Shown: positions 39,142 to 52,190, counted from the first letter of the stretch. The stretch: 64,000 nucleotides of DNA from Paragordius varius (GCA_964247055.1 OZ176058.1:3472001-3536000), one strand, 5' to 3'. The notes: generated by a model not told the origin, from the letters alone. Program-made: numbers and translations.

Positions 39142-39608
39142 AAAAACTCTCCACAAGTATAACGAGAGTTTCAAGCCGAAGATGGCCATCAATCAGCTCC
39201 AGGCGTGCGACTTGTTAGGTTCCTTGGAGGTCTACGAGAGCTTGCTCCGTTTCAACCGATCCCATTTCCCCAATGAGTCAATCCACACCTAAATATTAGG
39301 TTTACCTCGTAATCCGTAGGCTCCTTTTCCCGCTTGTTCATGTGTTCTTCCATAATCGGCCAATCCCATATCGCCTGCATTCGACCTCCCCAGGGCTTCT
39401 GGAATCCGTGCTGAACGCCTTTCCCATAGAGTTTATCCCAATACACCTAAATAATACATTTACCTCGTAATCAGCAGGCTCTTTTTGGTTCGCTCCTTCA
39501 TTCACCCACGAATCCTTGGTTGCTAGTCTTGAATCACGTCCCCATCCCTGGTTGCCATTGGAGAAGAAGGCCTAAAGCCTTCAAATCAGCTTTTCAATCA
39601 GCTTTCAT
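39134..39608 (-). CDS. Nested antisense GC-rich gene, copy B: 3 exons (39608-39464, 39446-39306, 39288-39134), two 17-nt introns, ~146 aa if internal TGA/TAA are sense
   Basis: ATG at the AT-to-GC boundary. Introns GTAAATGTATTATTTAG and GTAAACCTAATATTTAG. Exon lengths 145+141+155 = 441 nt. 9 of ~19 differing A/B codons are synonymous in this frame. The 3' end is uncertain. An alternative frame gives 101 stop-free standard-code codons. Confidence 0.6.
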
Positions 39609-42600
39609 ATTTAAATTTATTTCTGATTGCAATCATAGGTGCTTAGCCTACCCAATACATCCATATATGTACTCTTGTTTTTCTAAATTGCAAATTTCAG
39701 AAACAGACAATTTTATGGACACTCATGCTTGTCTCTTAGATTTTCTTTTTATAAATTCTGCCTCTATTTACCAGCTTAATTCTATATTATATGCTCTCTT
39801 TATCTATTAAATCAGCGGAATTGGTTGGAATAGCATATTCTATTTTATATCAATTTTCTATATCTAAATGTATCCCTTATTTAAAACATCTATATTAAAT
39901 TTTGCACATGGAACGCACAAGTTCATTCAATTCATATGAACCACACTAGTAGTTTGGCATATTCAATTGAAGGGATTTTTATTTCTACATTTCAAGATGG
40001 AAGACGTTTAAACAGCAAAAATACGATGTAATGGCGAAGTGTTGTCAAAATACAAAGGAAAATTATTTTATTTGCCTGGATAAGATGCATGTTATTTGGA
40101 TAATACATACACAAAATGCAATCCAAACTAAAAATATTTGAATTTAGCACAAAATACTCATTAAAGTTGAAAAACTTTGATTACATTGAAAACAATTATA
40201 CAAATCTGAAATCAAAGCAAATTTTATATGAATGGCACCCTGTTAATTTCAGCGATATACACTCAGACCAATCATTTAATAAGGATAAAAATCAAACTAA
40301 TTTTATTGGTAATCATGATGATGAACTGAATAATACAGAAAGGGTAATTTAATAAAGATTTGATTTTAACTTTTTAAATATAAATATGATTGATTATTCG
40401 AGTTGGGTTTATTTATAAATACATTAAACAGTAAAATAACTTTTTAAATTTTAATGTATTGCGACTAGTATATATATATATATAAGTGGCAATGAATTTT
40501 TAATATTATTTTATCCATCAAAAGTACGAAAAACTTTTTCTCATCAAAATTAATTTTTTATTCTTGTAGAACATTCCAGCAAACATTGTTGAAGCCTGAA
40601 TGAAATAGCAATGAATGGCATTTAAAACAAATTATTTTTGAATTGCAATTTTAAAACTAACTTTATCTTTGGAGGCTTATTATGTGAAAGGAAAACTACC
40701 AACCATTTTCCCCGAATATAGTTGTTGAATACAAGCAAATTGTTTTTACGAAACAAAATATACGTCAAGTTAAACAACGCAAACTGCTTAGAGATGTTAT
40801 GAGGAGGTGGGTAGTTTTTTTTGTTAACGTCTTTTTAATATATCATTTACTTTGAAACAATTAAAAATTTATGAAATACTTGTGCTTTGAATTATCAGTT
40901 GTGTTTAATTAACCATATAATTATTTTAAAATACATCAAATAACTAACTATTTGATGTATTTGGCTATTTAATTTACCTCGATTAACACAATAAAACATT
41001 TTAAAAAGTATAGTATACCATCTTTAAAAATAATTCTCTTATAGTTTGAATAATTTTACTCCAATTATTAACGCATAAAACTTAATTATATTTTATATCT
41101 CGCGTATGATTATGCACTGCCATTACAAGGAAAAAATCGTTTTTTTGCTAAACAGTGTAAAAATAAATGTAAAATATCTTTTATTTTCTTAATGACCCTT
41201 TTTGTAAAGTAAAAAAATATGAAAAACATTTAGTACATGCTAAAATTGGTATGATTTATTGTAAAAATTACAGTAAAAATTGAAATTATACGTAAGTAAA
41301 AAGACAAATATTTTTAAAAGGATAAACCATACACTTTTAGGCTTCATTTTTTTAAATATTCATTGTTTGAAATTGCATATTATACAATTGTTATGTATAT
41401 AGGTGATACAATTAATTATTTATTTTAAAATTGTAATTATATAAAATTTAGGTTTAAAAAAGTATGGTTGTTTTTTTTAGAAAAAAATATTTGTCCTTAT
41501 ATTTTTACGTTTTGTCCGTATAATTTCAGTTTTTACTGCAAAAGTATACGGACAAAACATATATAAAGACAAACATGCTTTTTTAAATTTAAAATTTCCC
41601 ATATAAATTTTATATTAACAATTATAAAATATATGACGGATGGGACCAATATACATATAATCTCTAATGATTTGCAATTTATTTATATTTCAGCAATCTG
41701 AGATTTAAAAAGTATAATTGTCTTTAAAAAAAATATATGTCTTTATATTTTTACGCCTTATCCGTATTTAATATTAATTTATTATAAATTAGTGGTACTC
41801 ACTAAAATTTTTGAAGGGCGGAAAATTTTATTTTCTTGTCTCAAGAGTTGTGGACAATATAATATGGGGATAATATTTTATAGTTGTTTAACACATTTGT
41901 AGATGTTTATACTTAATAATAAATATCCATAAATATCCATAAAAAAGACCCTAGGCTGCCAATGGGCGGTAGTTTAAGTAACACTAATTATTTTAATTTT
42001 ATACGTTATACAAAGTCGCCTGAGCGAGAGATAATTGCATATAATTAATCCTTGACATAAACGGAAAAAGAATTAAAAATGTTGAGTATTATTTATATCA
42101 AATTTTTATTACGTATTTTTATTTATATGTATGTAGATTTGGATTCGGTAAACCTAAAATGTGCGCTAAGAATGCTGCCCGGTCAGCTTCCGAAAGACAA
42201 TTTAAAAAGGTTGGAGGACTTAACAAGCAATGGACTTGTTTGAAAGATCCCCTTGGTTTAAAGAAAAAAATGTGCATGTGTGGAAAGTATATTCGTTAAT
42301 ATTTTTTATACATACAGTTAATAAAAAACTATTAAAACAATGAAGTAAAAATATATGAGCTAGTGTCGTCTACATTTTTATACTTAATAAATTTCTCTAG
42401 CAAAAAATAAAATGTTAAATGATTGATTAATTGAGGATTATGTTTTATGGTCCCCATAATTATAAACTATAAGTGAAATGTTAAAATTACTTTTAAAACC
42501 TTTTTTTGGCCTAAGGTAAAAATTGTATCCATAACATAATCCTTAAATAGTAAAAGAATGTGGCATTCGTTAAAAAATATCATGGAATTTACATTAAAAG

Positions 42601-44149
42601 CAACTCTTTTATATATTTTTTTAAATTAATAGTTTTTTTATTATTTAAGGCTATGTTAATTTAATGTTTCAACACGAATAAAGTTTAAATAAATGGTTTA
42701 ATCTTGTTATGTTGCTTAAACATATGTAAAAATCTTCCCATTTTTGTAATTTATTAAAAGTAAAAGAAAACTGTGCTTTTAAAAGAAACGTATTTTTAGC
42801 CGATATATACTAGGCATAGATGATGATTCTGTCTGTTTAATGGTATAATTTATAGGCAAACAAATATTCTTATTTTAACATCTTTAATTAATTTGAGTAA
42901 ATTAATTAATAATTTATACTTTTAATAATTACTATTTAGGAGCACGAACCCGCGTGAATCTGATTTTATAGAAGTGCACGAATGTTAACTCTGAAAAGCA
43001 CTGCAAGAACTCATTAGCCATTTTTTTAGTTTTTTCATCAGCAATCACATTTCTTTTCCATATTTAGTTAATCAAAATTATATAAATTATTTAAATAAAT
43101 AAATTTACAGTAAAAATTAAATTTATACACACAAAACATAAAAAACAATATTTTTTTTATAACAGAATTTAAATAAATGTTATTGCAATTATTCAGCTAA
43201 AATTGATGAATTTATTAGAGTAAACTTTCGTACAAGTAATCTATGTCAAACTTTATTGATAAAACTAAAAATTAAAGTACAAATTAAAAATATTTAACAC
43301 TTCGATTCAAATTGGGGTATATAAAACTCCAACTTAATTTAAATTCATATTTTTAAAAAACTACTGGAGGAAACAGTCCCAATTTAAATTTATGCTTCCA
43401 TCCTGATAAAATTATACAAAGAAGCTAAAATATTACATTAAAATTTTAATTTGAAAAAACAAGATCCATGTCAGACTACTTCGACGCCAATTTTATACAA
43501 ATTTTTTGCAAAATATCGTGTTCATTTAATTTTAAAAGTAAAATTAAAGCTAATTTTTTATTTAAATTACATCTAATGTTGATAAAAATAAAGAAGTGGT
43601 TTATTTTGTATTACTTTTCAATTTAGACAATGCACACATGTTACGTTGACTAAATTTTACCTTTAGGTTTCGCCCAGGACTTGACACCTGTTCAAAAAAA
43701 GTGGAAAAATGGAAAAAATATAAAGAATATTCTACAAGAATTTTTCCCAGAAAAAAGACTGAACTTGATTAAGAACGAGTATTTACTTACTTGTACATAG
43801 GATGAGGTAAGTCGGTCAAAGTATAATTGTATTGTCCACTAATAAAAGGAATAAAAAAACAGGCATACAAGTAAAATATATAACGGAATAACAAAGAGTA
43901 AACGACACAAATATTTTTTGAAGACAACAAACATATTTTATTAATTCATATAATAACTTTAAGAGCGCTATTAAGGAATTATTTTTTTATATTACAACAA
44001 CCACAGGGTTGTAATATGAAGTGTGGGACATTTATGATGGATTAATAAAGAGAGGTTCTGTTGTTTGTTATGCGTTAAATGTTTAGGATAAAGCATGCTA
44101 GTTTAAGATGAGTATTAAAAAACTGTAGATATATTTAAATGAGGTTATT

Positions 44150-44905
44150 ATGCTCGTCATTGAGAATGATAAAAAATCATTTCATAAAATCGTCAAGGCA
44201 AAATTTAAAGGGTAAGCATGCCTTTACCTTTATATAAAAATATAGGAATAAAAATAGGAAAACAAAAATATAAAGGAAAAAAAGTAAATACGGAAATAAT
44301 TTCATGGTTTCGAAATTAATTTCAAATGACACCACATGCTCAATCAAAATGGGCTAACACTGTATAGAAACATTAGACAACTATATATATATTTAGGAGT
44401 CAAAATTAATAATCCTAAAACTAAACAAAGATTAGCCATATCCAGGGCTAAAATGAAATCAAATCGCAAGATATGGTCTTCACGAAAAATACCATAACTA
44501 CCACCAAAAAAATTTAATACATAATATTTCCAATCGCAACCTATCGCTGTAAAAGCTGTTGGGTATGCAAAATTCTGACCAAAAAAACTATACAACAAGC
44601 TTTTGAGCAACCTTGTTGGAGAATGCTACTCTGTAGAAAAAGGAACAGACAAACTCACAGATTACATTTTTTTAAATGATAACAAAATTCACGATAACCA
44701 ATTGGAAATTCATCTTGCTTGGTAAAAGGTAAATGTAAAAGACTCAGAAAAGATGGTTAAATCAATTAACAGATGACACCCACCTTACAATCTCCAATCT
44801 AATCAATTTATCCTCAGACAAATCAGTCTACAGAAAATTTGTCTATGAAAGTCTTGCAAAAAAGTATAATATTAACTACGCTGTTTGGGGAACATATTTT
44901 GATGG
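44150..44905 (+). mobile_element. Degenerate RTE-like LINE fragment, copy B
   Basis: Same motifs, ending DDTHLTISNLINLSSDKSVYRKFVYESLAK. Confidence 0.8.
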
Positions 44906-46332
44906 TTGAAAACATTATTTAATTGTTGTAAATATATGTTTGATTGTTCAAAACATTATTTAACCAAAATATTAACAATTTTATAAATCAAACAATTTAT
45001 TTATTATAAATTGTCAAATGTATAGTGAAAAAAATATAGTGTAGCATAATAAATGAAACAAATTATAAAAATATTATAGGGTGAAATGTATAAGTACAAA
45101 GATATATCATGTATAGTATCTAAAAAAATCTTTATTTAATTTTAAATTTAAAAAATTATTGCACCAAGCAATTAGTGCTTCTCACGTTTGAAAATATAAA
45201 ATTGAATTTTCCAATATTCCATTATATTGGCTGATTCAAATTCCAAAATTATTGCATCTTAAATAAAAACGAAATTATTATAATATTCTGTTTTCTATAA
45301 TATCTAAAGGTTTTTTTTTCCATATATTAATCGTAAAAGAGTCACTGGTTAAATTGGATTAAAATAAATAATAAACATTAAATAAATAATTATTTGATTA
45401 AAGAAAATCAGTTATCTATTATATATATGTATCACATAATTGCAAATTATTAAAAAAAATAATTTTTTATAAACATAGTTTGTCCTTTAGTTTTTAAATA
45501 ATTTTTTAAAAATAATTAAATAAAATTATACCTCATTATCCAAATTTTTATTATAGATATTGTTGGTTTTTAATTTCCCTCCTCATATGATCGTAATCAC
45601 CTTCATAAGCTTGTATTAGTTAACACATGTTCGACAAATCGCAAAGGTAGCGAATTCATTTTTACAGAATTATTTTTTAAATATTAAAATATTAATTTTA
45701 AATATATAAAAATTAATAAATGAAAATTTATTATTATTATTCCTTATTATACATTTAAATATTTTTAAAAATACAAGAAATATATTACAAAAATGAACCT
45801 ATGACAAAACTAATAAAAATACCAAATATAATTAAAAATTATTTGAAAAATATTTAAAACATTATTATAATAATTATTTAAATAATACAAAAAATTAATT
45901 TAATAAAATTTTCAGTTTTATTACATATGTATAGGTATATATTTTATGTTTTACATTTAAGCTATTGTAAGTTAAATTCTTTATGTTTATTATAAATATT
46001 CCACAAAACAATAAAAAATAATTATTAAAACTGTTAAAAAATAAACGATATCCATAAAAGCAAAATAAAAATGTAAATATTTATTTAAAATATAAGATTT
46101 AATAAAAAAATGTGTTTTTAATAATAATCAAAACGAGTAACCTAAACTAAATCCTGTCTTGGTAAAAATACTTTAATTTAAGTTGTGGCATATCAACCTA
46201 AATATTTTTAAAAATTAAATATTCCAAATTCAAAATTAATTAAGTATTTTTACAAATTAAAATTGAGACGAATTCACTTTATAAAAGACGATACTACATT
46301 AATTTTTTTAACATAAAACTATTTATAAAATA

Positions 46333-47378
46333 AAAAAATCATTTCATAAAATCGTCAAGGCAAAATTTAAAGGGTAAGCATGCCTTTCCCTTCTAAAAAT
46401 ATTGGAATAAAAATAGGATAACAAAAATATATGGGAAAAAAAGTAAATACGGATATAATTTCATGGTTTAGAAATTAACTTGGCAAAAACCAAAGTCATA
46501 TCAAATGACGCCACATGCTGAAAATCAAAATGGGCTATTACCGTATAGAAACATTAGACAATTATACTAATATATTTAGGAGTCAAGATTAATAAAAATA
46601 TTACAACACCTGAAATTAAGATTAGTCATATCAAGGGCTAAAATAAAAAGATATGGTCTTCACTAAATATATTAAAACAGGCCCAAAAAAATTTAATACA
46701 ATAATATTCCCAAACGCAACCTATGGCTGTAAAAGCTGTTGGGTATGCAAAAATTCTGACCAAAAAAACTATACAAGCTTTTGAGCAAACCTATGTTGGA
46801 GAATGCTACTTGGTAGAAAAATGGACAGACAAACTCACTAATAAATGAATCAACCCTAAGATTACATTACTTCAAATGATAACATAATCCACGATAACAA
46901 ATTGGAAATCATTCTTGCTTGGTAGAAGGTAAATTTAAAAGACTCAGAAAAAGTGGTCAAAACAATTTACAGATGACACCCACCTTACAATCTCCAATCT
47001 GATCAATTTATCCTCAGTCAGATCAGCCTACAGAAAATTTATCCATGAAATCCTGCAAAATGTCTAATATTAACTACGCTGTGTCATTCATTCGCTCATT
47101 CAATACAACCAAAATATTAAAAATTATAAATCAAACAATTTATTACAAATTGCCAAATGTAAAGTGAAAAAAAAGTGTAGCATAATAAATGAAACAAATT
47201 ATAAAATATTATAGGGAAATGTATAAGTACAAAGGTATGAGTGTAAAAGAATTATTGCACCAAGCAATTCGCTCTGCTTCTCACGTTTGAAAATATAAAA
47301 ATTACTTTTCGAATATACCATCATATTGGCTTGATTCAAATTCCAAAATTACATCTCAAATAAAAACGAAATTATTAT
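46333..47378 (+). mobile_element. Local ~1.05-kb duplication of 44172-45280 containing a third RTE fragment
   Basis: ATYGCKSCW and CWRMLLGRKWTDKLTN are better preserved here. Homology continues into flanking unique DNA. Confidence 0.8.
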
Positions 47379-47669
47379 TTGTAAGAATTTTTTGACGGAG
47401 ATAATTTTCAAAATCATCCACTGTATCATGATTTTTCACAATGATAGTGTCTCATTTAGTTTTCCTTTTATCCAACATAAATAAATGTGGGGGAAGGATG
47501 TTTTTCCCTCAAAATCCTCATTTTTAATCCTTGAAACTATATACACAGCTGCGTAAGCCACAGAATTCTTCTGGTTTTCCTGATCACACAGACTGTACGA
47601 AAGGAGACCAGTTCTATCAACAACATCGCAGGCTCGCCATTCAGGACTTCATCATTATGCGTTGGTATA

Positions 47670-48400
47670 TTAAAACGCACGACGTGGACGGGGTGCGTCT
47701 AAGACTGTTGTTTTTGTGTTAATCCAGGTCGGGGGTGTTTGGGAGACTCGTTTAAAGAGTAGTTGGAAGGGGGTTTCCTTTGTGGTAGCGTGAATAGAGT
47801 TGCGGTAAGACCATAAAGTAGTATTAAAAGCTTCCTGCGGTGTATTAATATAATTTTTGATTTTCCTATACTTGCCCTTTAGGATCCCTACTAACCTTTC
47901 TACCATCCCATTACTTTTAGGATGATAGAGGGTTACCCTCACGTGCTTAATTCCCAAGTTTGTCAGGGTTGATGTAAAGTACGAATTATTGAAATAAGAA
48001 GCGTTATCACTTTCTAACGTCTTCGGAAACCCAAACCTGGCAAAGGTTTCCTCGAGTTTGTGAAATATATTTACCGAATTAACCCGTTTTAACATAAACC
48101 CTTCCGACCATTTTGATGAGCTATCAATCAACAAAAACCAAAAATACCCGTCAACTGGTCCCGCTATATCGATGTGCAAACGCTCCCATATCGCAGCATT
48201 TGGATCCCATTGCTAAGTGGGTTTTTTACTAGGCTTGGCTTGTTTCCTTGGCATGAGCTACATTGACTGTACCTTCTTACCAAATCGTTCTCTAATTTTG
48301 GTCAAAAACAGGTAAACCTTGCCATTACTTTCATCGTTTCTACATTATTATGCCCGCTGTGTAAATAATTGACCATATTCGCCTGTCTTTCCGGGATGAT
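47670..48400 (-). pseudogene. Gypsy integrase (HHCC plus DDE core)
   Basis: 169-aa ORF with rve motifs, joined to the zinc-finger part across a frameshift. Confidence 0.9.
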
Positions 48401-49485
48401 TCGATCGTTCAAACTTAGCAATCCATATTGGTACAAAATTTCTCCTTTACGGTTGGTGAACTCAGCCAACTCAACATCACTCCAATCTTGATAATTAATA
48501 GCCTTGATTACCTTTGGCAAAATTTTATCCTTAACTGTTTCTCTTCGGATCTCATCTCGACTTAAATGAACGTTATGACAATTTCGGAACCTAAGATGTC
48601 TCGTTACCATGTAGTCTCTATCAATTGTGTCAACATTATCTTCACCGGGACATTTTGACAAGTAATCGGCTCTATTTTTAGGACCCGCTTGATAACTTAA
48701 TTCAAAATCATAATCAGTCAGTCGGTTAACCCATCTTAAAACTTTCGCATTCTGAATTTCTTTCAAATTTCTATCCCTATTTATTAACCTAACCGTGGTA
48801 AGTGGTCTGTCAAAATTTCAAACTTTCTACCATAAACGAAGTTATGAAACTTTTCTAATGCAAAAACAATAGCCTTTAATTCCTTTTCTATCGTGGAGTA
48901 GTTCAATTCTGCGGTATTACCTTTTCTCGAACCATAGGCAATGGGTTTCCTTTCACCATTTACAACATGAGATAAAATATATCCAAACCCTATATCTGAG
49001 GCATTGGCTTCAATTACTGACTTTGTATCCGGATTGTATGGTGTTAAAAATATTTGTTCACTTAAAATTTCCTTTGCTGCTTTCCAACTTTTCACGTGTT
49101 TTTCCGACGAGTTCCATCTGACGTTCTTACTCGTTAAACTATGTACACTTACAATCAATTGAAGCTTGGGTATAAATCTTTCATGGAACGTTAAAAATCA
49201 TAAAAAACTTCTTAAAGATTTTTAATCCACAGATTTTTAAAATCATTGATTGCTTTTACTTTATTCTTGCATGAACTTATACCTTTAATACTTATTTCAA
49301 ATCCCAGATAACTTACCGAAGGTTCACCAATTTTTATTTTATCTTTTCTTAATCTAAAACCTGCTAATTCTGCCCGATTTAAAACATTATTAAAATTTAA
49401 TAAATGTTCCTGTTCAGATTTGCCAGTTGCTAAAACATCATCTAAATATAAGTTGAGTGGGTGACGACGAAGTGTTGTTAAATAA

Positions 49486-50203
49486 GATTCGTGTGTTAAC
49501 GTCGTGTGAATAATGAAAGAAAATAAAAATAAATTTATTATAGACTCATATTTTCGCCCAATGGCATCATCAGGAGTTGTTAAAAGAAAAAATTTAAAAT
49601 AAAGTATAACCAAGAAAAAAATATAAAATGAAATTAAATGTGAGACAAATCAATGCTTATAAATTGATATAATAGACAAAGGAAAGTAACATAAAAGAAA
49701 ACCGTTATAATCTTGAGCGCATGTGCAATATATTTTTTATAAGAACATATATATATCTACATTAGACAAAACAAACAAATTATAAAAAATAAAAAATTTA
49801 AGTAATATCAATGCTGTCACAAACCAAAATTTTTATAAAAAACCATAATATTTTTATTCCAAAAACTTTATACAGCATTGATATTACTTAAATTTTTTAT
49901 TTTTTATAATTTGTTTGTTTTGTCTAATGTAGATATATTTATGTTCTTATAAAAAATATATTGCACATGCGCTCAAGATTATAACGGTTTTCTTTTATGT
50001 TACTTTCCTTTGTCTATTATATCAATTTATAAGCATTGATTTGTCTCACATTTAATTTCATTTTATATTTTTTTCTTGGTTATACTTTATTTTAAGTTTT
50101 TTCTTTTAACAACTCCTGATGATGCCATTGGGCGAAAATTTGAGTCTATAATAAATTTATTTTTATTTTCTTTCATTATTCACACGACGTTAACACACGA
50201 ATC
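49486..50203. mobile_element. 718-bp foldback/MITE-like element (332-bp arms, 54-bp spacer) inserted in the Gypsy RT
   Basis: Arms 49486-49817 and 49872-50203 are reverse complements with ~3 mismatches. Flanking 13-bp direct repeat ATCATCTAAATAT at 49437-49449 and 50201-50213. Confidence 0.95.
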
Positions 50204-51820
50204 ATCTAAATATGCACAAGTGCCGGGGCAACCTTTTATAACATGGTCCATGACCCGTTGGAATATTATTGGTGCTGTTGACAGTCCGAAAGACATCAGC
50301 GGTAAAATTCCTTGTGAGTTGCAATTGTTAGAAGGTGTTGTTCTTTAGTTATGGGTATTTGTAGATAGGCATATTTCAGATCAATCTTACTGAAAACTTC
50401 TTCGCCAATCTTACTTACTAAATCATCAAACGTTGGAATGATATGAGAATCCTCAGTCAGCCACTTGTTGATCGTAACTCTATCGCTACAAATTCTTACC
50501 TCTCCATTCGCTTTGAGCACATTGACGGTGGGCGTGGCCGATGTCAGAGGTGTAAGGTTGGGATCTATTGGCTCCAAAATGTCTAACTTTTGTAATCTTA
50601 GCAATTCGTTTTCAACTTTTGCTATTAGGGGAAACGGTACTCGGCGACAAGGCCAAACTTTGGGTGAGGCATTGGGTGCTATATGAATTGGAACTGGCTC
50701 AATAGCCTAATTCCTCTTTAAATAGATTAGGAAAATTCAAAAATTTTAACAAGTTTAAGAAAATTAATTCTTACCTTAGGAATGTCGATGTTGAATCTTG
50801 TGATCCAATCTAAGCCACAAATGAGCGGTGCCTTTTGACATTTTTTCTTTCAATCCACAACATTCTGCGTCCCCCAAGTTTTGCCCATTGATTTTCACTG
50901 TGACTGTTGTTACGCCCAGGAAAATATATTTTCGTACGACTATGGATTTGTGATTGACCAACAGTTTGAAGTCTTGGATCTATAGGCGGTTTATGGTCTA
51001 ATGATTGTTGCATTTTTTCATTGGGATATCGTTCTTGGAAAAATTGATCAGATTTTTGGCTCTTTTGATTAGATCGTCGCCCCTGTTTTTGACTGGCTGA
51101 TGTGTCTTTATATCTTTTAAAAGAAGAACCTTTTGTATTATGAATCGGCGTAGAGAATAGTATTGAGAGTTTGGGTGTACATATAAAGGACAAAACACAT
51201 TAAAACGATAAGTATTATTGAATGACATAGGAAACGTTACAGAAAATATAATTACAGTCATGTATTTGATTAATTGCCTAATATTCGTGGAAAATTGTGT
51301 TTGTTTAATCTTTTTAGATAGTTTTACTTAAACTCCCCATATTCCATAACTTATATATTTCATATGTTAAAAAGTTGTCATAACAATATAAAAATAATTA
51401 TGACAATAACGCGTACGAAACAGAAAATCCGCTTTAACACAAAAGACACAAAACATTTATCCATAAAAATCATTATTTTCTAAATGAGTTATGAAAAAAA
51501 TTATCTTAAACTATTAAACTTATGATGAATATAATTCAATTTAGGATATATATAAAGCTACCAATACTTGATAATCAGTAGTAATTTTAAAAAAGGTAAA
51601 GAAGGAATACAAAGGAGATTCAGTAAGAATCCGGGAATGGTTTATTGATACAAATAATTTTAAAAAAAATATTTGAAAAGAGATTTTAATAAAAATAATT
51701 TTGTTAAAAAATTATAATAAAATACATGTACCGAAATATTTTTCATATAACACAGTTTAAAAATATTTATCTTACCAATATATTTTGGAATATATATAAT
51801 ATAAACGCTTGATTACTTAC

Positions 51821-52190
51821 CGTGTTTTATAGTATATTGTTGGGTAGATTCTTTACCAATATCTTTCTGCATCAATTCACATGCAATAGAGGGGATACTT
51901 TGCGTTGATCTCAAGGGATAATTGAATGTATTTGTTGTTTTAACCAGTTTACGGGTTGATTAAAAGTTTCATTGTACATATTATAAGATATTGGCCGTTC
52001 ATCTGACAAAAAATTCTCACTCAAAGTACTATAATGCGTCTAATAATCCGAAAATAAAATTTTTCTGGTTGTTCGTCAATATAATATATCTTTGGTTACA
52101 TTGTGCCATGCTGTTCACTTCCAAATTAAAGCCAAATACTAAACCTAAATTTTGTCCTTGTTCCTGCATACTATATCCATTTTAAATTAA
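51821..52190 (-). CDS. Single-copy exon-like segment of unknown product
   Basis: Raised GC and a perfect GTAAGT donor at 51820. Two frames read as plausible protein only with stop readthrough, and there is no paralog to fix the frame. Confidence 0.25.

Larger units (their letters stand above)
35967..42994 (+). pseudogene. Same 13-exon gene, copy B
   Basis: Exons 1-4 (35967-36056, 36377-36450, 36860-36910, 39740-40343) are exactly in phase. B-specific lesions: frameshifts in exons 5, 6 and 10, GT>GA donor after exon 6, and loss of the 9-nt microexon acceptor. Confidence 0.6.
22843..46325. repeat. Segmental duplication unit B (diverged paralog of A)
   Basis: Same order as A: short repeat, 5' exons, satellite, plus-strand gene, GC-rich island, LINE remnant. 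Ends at ...ttttaacataaaactattta, matching A ~19895-19910. Confidence 0.95.
47540..51260 (-). mobile_element. pol: Decayed Ty3/Gypsy LTR retrotransposon, pro-pol region (PR-RT-RNaseH-INT); LTRs not identified
   Basis: PR (xTGATI, CGLDWI), RT (FSKIDLKYAYLQI, FGLSTAPIIFQ, YLDD), RNase H (EANASDIGFGYILS, YSTIEKELKAIVFAL, TDHLP), INT zinc finger (HSGH..CSSC) and core (HIDIAGP, SDNASYF, HPKSNGMVERLV). Domain order RT-RH-INT. Several frameshifts. Confidence 0.95.

Noticed and set aside
47380-47560. Candidate 3' LTR or PPT of the Gypsy element
   Set aside because: No matching direct repeat beyond 51260 and no clear PPT-TG junction, so LTRs were not called.
49212-50348. ORFs starting MVILYFKFFLLTTPDD on both strands
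   Set aside because: Artefacts of the foldback arms. Only the YLDDVLATG... part is real RT.
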